A DNA stretch of 63,635 nt, filler included, from Limisphaerales bacterium (GTDB taxonomy: Bacteria > Verrucomicrobiota > Verrucomicrobiia > Limisphaerales > SIBE01), in NCBI GenBank assembly GCA_044225505.1. It is 3 parts of 3 records of this genome, joined end to end, with 100 filler letters (N's around TTAATTAATTAA, not from the genome) between each part and the next. Parts side by side here need not be neighbours in the genome. Positions count along the whole stretch, not along the records: positions 45,107 to 63,635 come from JBGAIN010000159.1; 2 more parts are not named here. One strand, given 5' to 3'. The translations under genes and the position numbers were made by a program. Below, piece by piece: positions 63,038 to 63,635 of the stretch. A model generated the notes under the pieces. The model made no database searches, was not told the DNA's origin, and worked only from the letters and a program-made list of their open reading frames with translations. Numbering within the stretch: position 1 is the first letter of the stretch; every line of letters starts with the position of its first letter.

Positions 63038-63635
63038 ATGATACCTAGGAAACGGGTGGTGTTCGGCTTGCTCGGCAGCGTTCTGGACTCCGGGTTTCAC
63101 GAAGAACGGTGGAAACGATGGCGTCCCACCATTTCCCTGTGCAAACACGCCGAGCTGCCCATCGATCGCTTCGAACTGATTTACGATCCCAAGTTCACCG
63201 ATACCGCCAGAGCGATCATGGCCGATATCCCTCGGGTCTGCCCTGCCACCGTAGTCAAAGGTACGCCGCAACCGTTAGTCGACCCCTGGGATTTTGAAGA
63301 GGTCTATGCCGCCCTGTATGAATTCGCGCGCGGTTACGATTTCAAGCCCGAGACGGAAGACTATCTTGTCCATATCACGACCGGTTCCCACGTGCAGCAG
63401 ATTTGCTTGTTTCTGCTAACTGAATCGCGGCATTTCCCGGCCCGCTTGGTCCAGACCTCGCCGGCCGACAACAAACGCCGGGGACCGGAAGGCAAGTTTG
63501 CCATCATTGACCTTGATCTTTCCAAGTATGACCGGCTGGCCGCCCGCTTTGGCAAGGAACAGAAGGAGGCGCGCTCGTTTCTCAAGTCCGGCATCGCCAC
63601 GCGCAATAGGCAGTTCAACCGACTGATCGAACAAA
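63038..63635 (+). CDS. rtcR: RtcR sigma54 activator (CARF N-domain), partial
   Basis: Translated by hand: MIPRKRVVFGLLGSVLD...RWKRWRPTISLC...DPWDFEEVY...HITTGSHVQQIC...LKSGIATRN. Confidence 0.92.
   Translation, partial: MIPRKRVVFGLLGSVLDSGFHEERWKRWRPTISLCKHAELPIDRFELIYDPKFTDTARAIMADIPRVCPATVVKGTPQPLVDPWDFEEVYAALYEFARGYDFKPETEDYLVHITTGSHVQQICLFLLTESRHFPARLVQTSPADNKRRGPEGKFAIIDLDLSKYDRLAARFGKEQKEARSFLKSGIATRNRQFNRLIEQ

Overview
The window is three contigs joined by artificial linkers (N44-TTAATTAATTAA-N44 at 22144-22243 and 45007-45106), so adjacency across them is not evidence. It comes from a GC-rich bacterium whose gene repertoire looks Verrucomicrobia/PVC-like (inference). Segment 1 carries nuoM/nuoN, a 2-oxoacid:ferredoxin oxidoreductase pair, a two-component system, a GltD-like oxidoreductase, secreted peptidases and a CPA1 antiporter. 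Segment 2 carries an OmpR-type two-component system with visible 11-bp-phased boxes, a cluster of exported glycoside-hydrolase-like genes, a PadR operon, and an RHS toxin/immunity cassette array interleaved with mini-RAYT elements and an IS110 remnant. Segment 3 carries a fibre-like secreted protein pair, a Ser/Thr kinase with an ECF sigma factor, a tRNA-Gly 3' att-like fragment, and a split ~2,090-aa endonuclease-TPR-PIN gene. It ends with a sigma54/RtcR-controlled Ro60(TROVE)-RtcB RNA-repair operon. The top finding lies between Ro60 and rtcB: a tandem array of six Y-RNA-like units. They share one Ro-binding clamp but carry tRNA modules circularly permuted at different positions, and one unit re-reads as a complete 75-nt CCA-ending tRNA.
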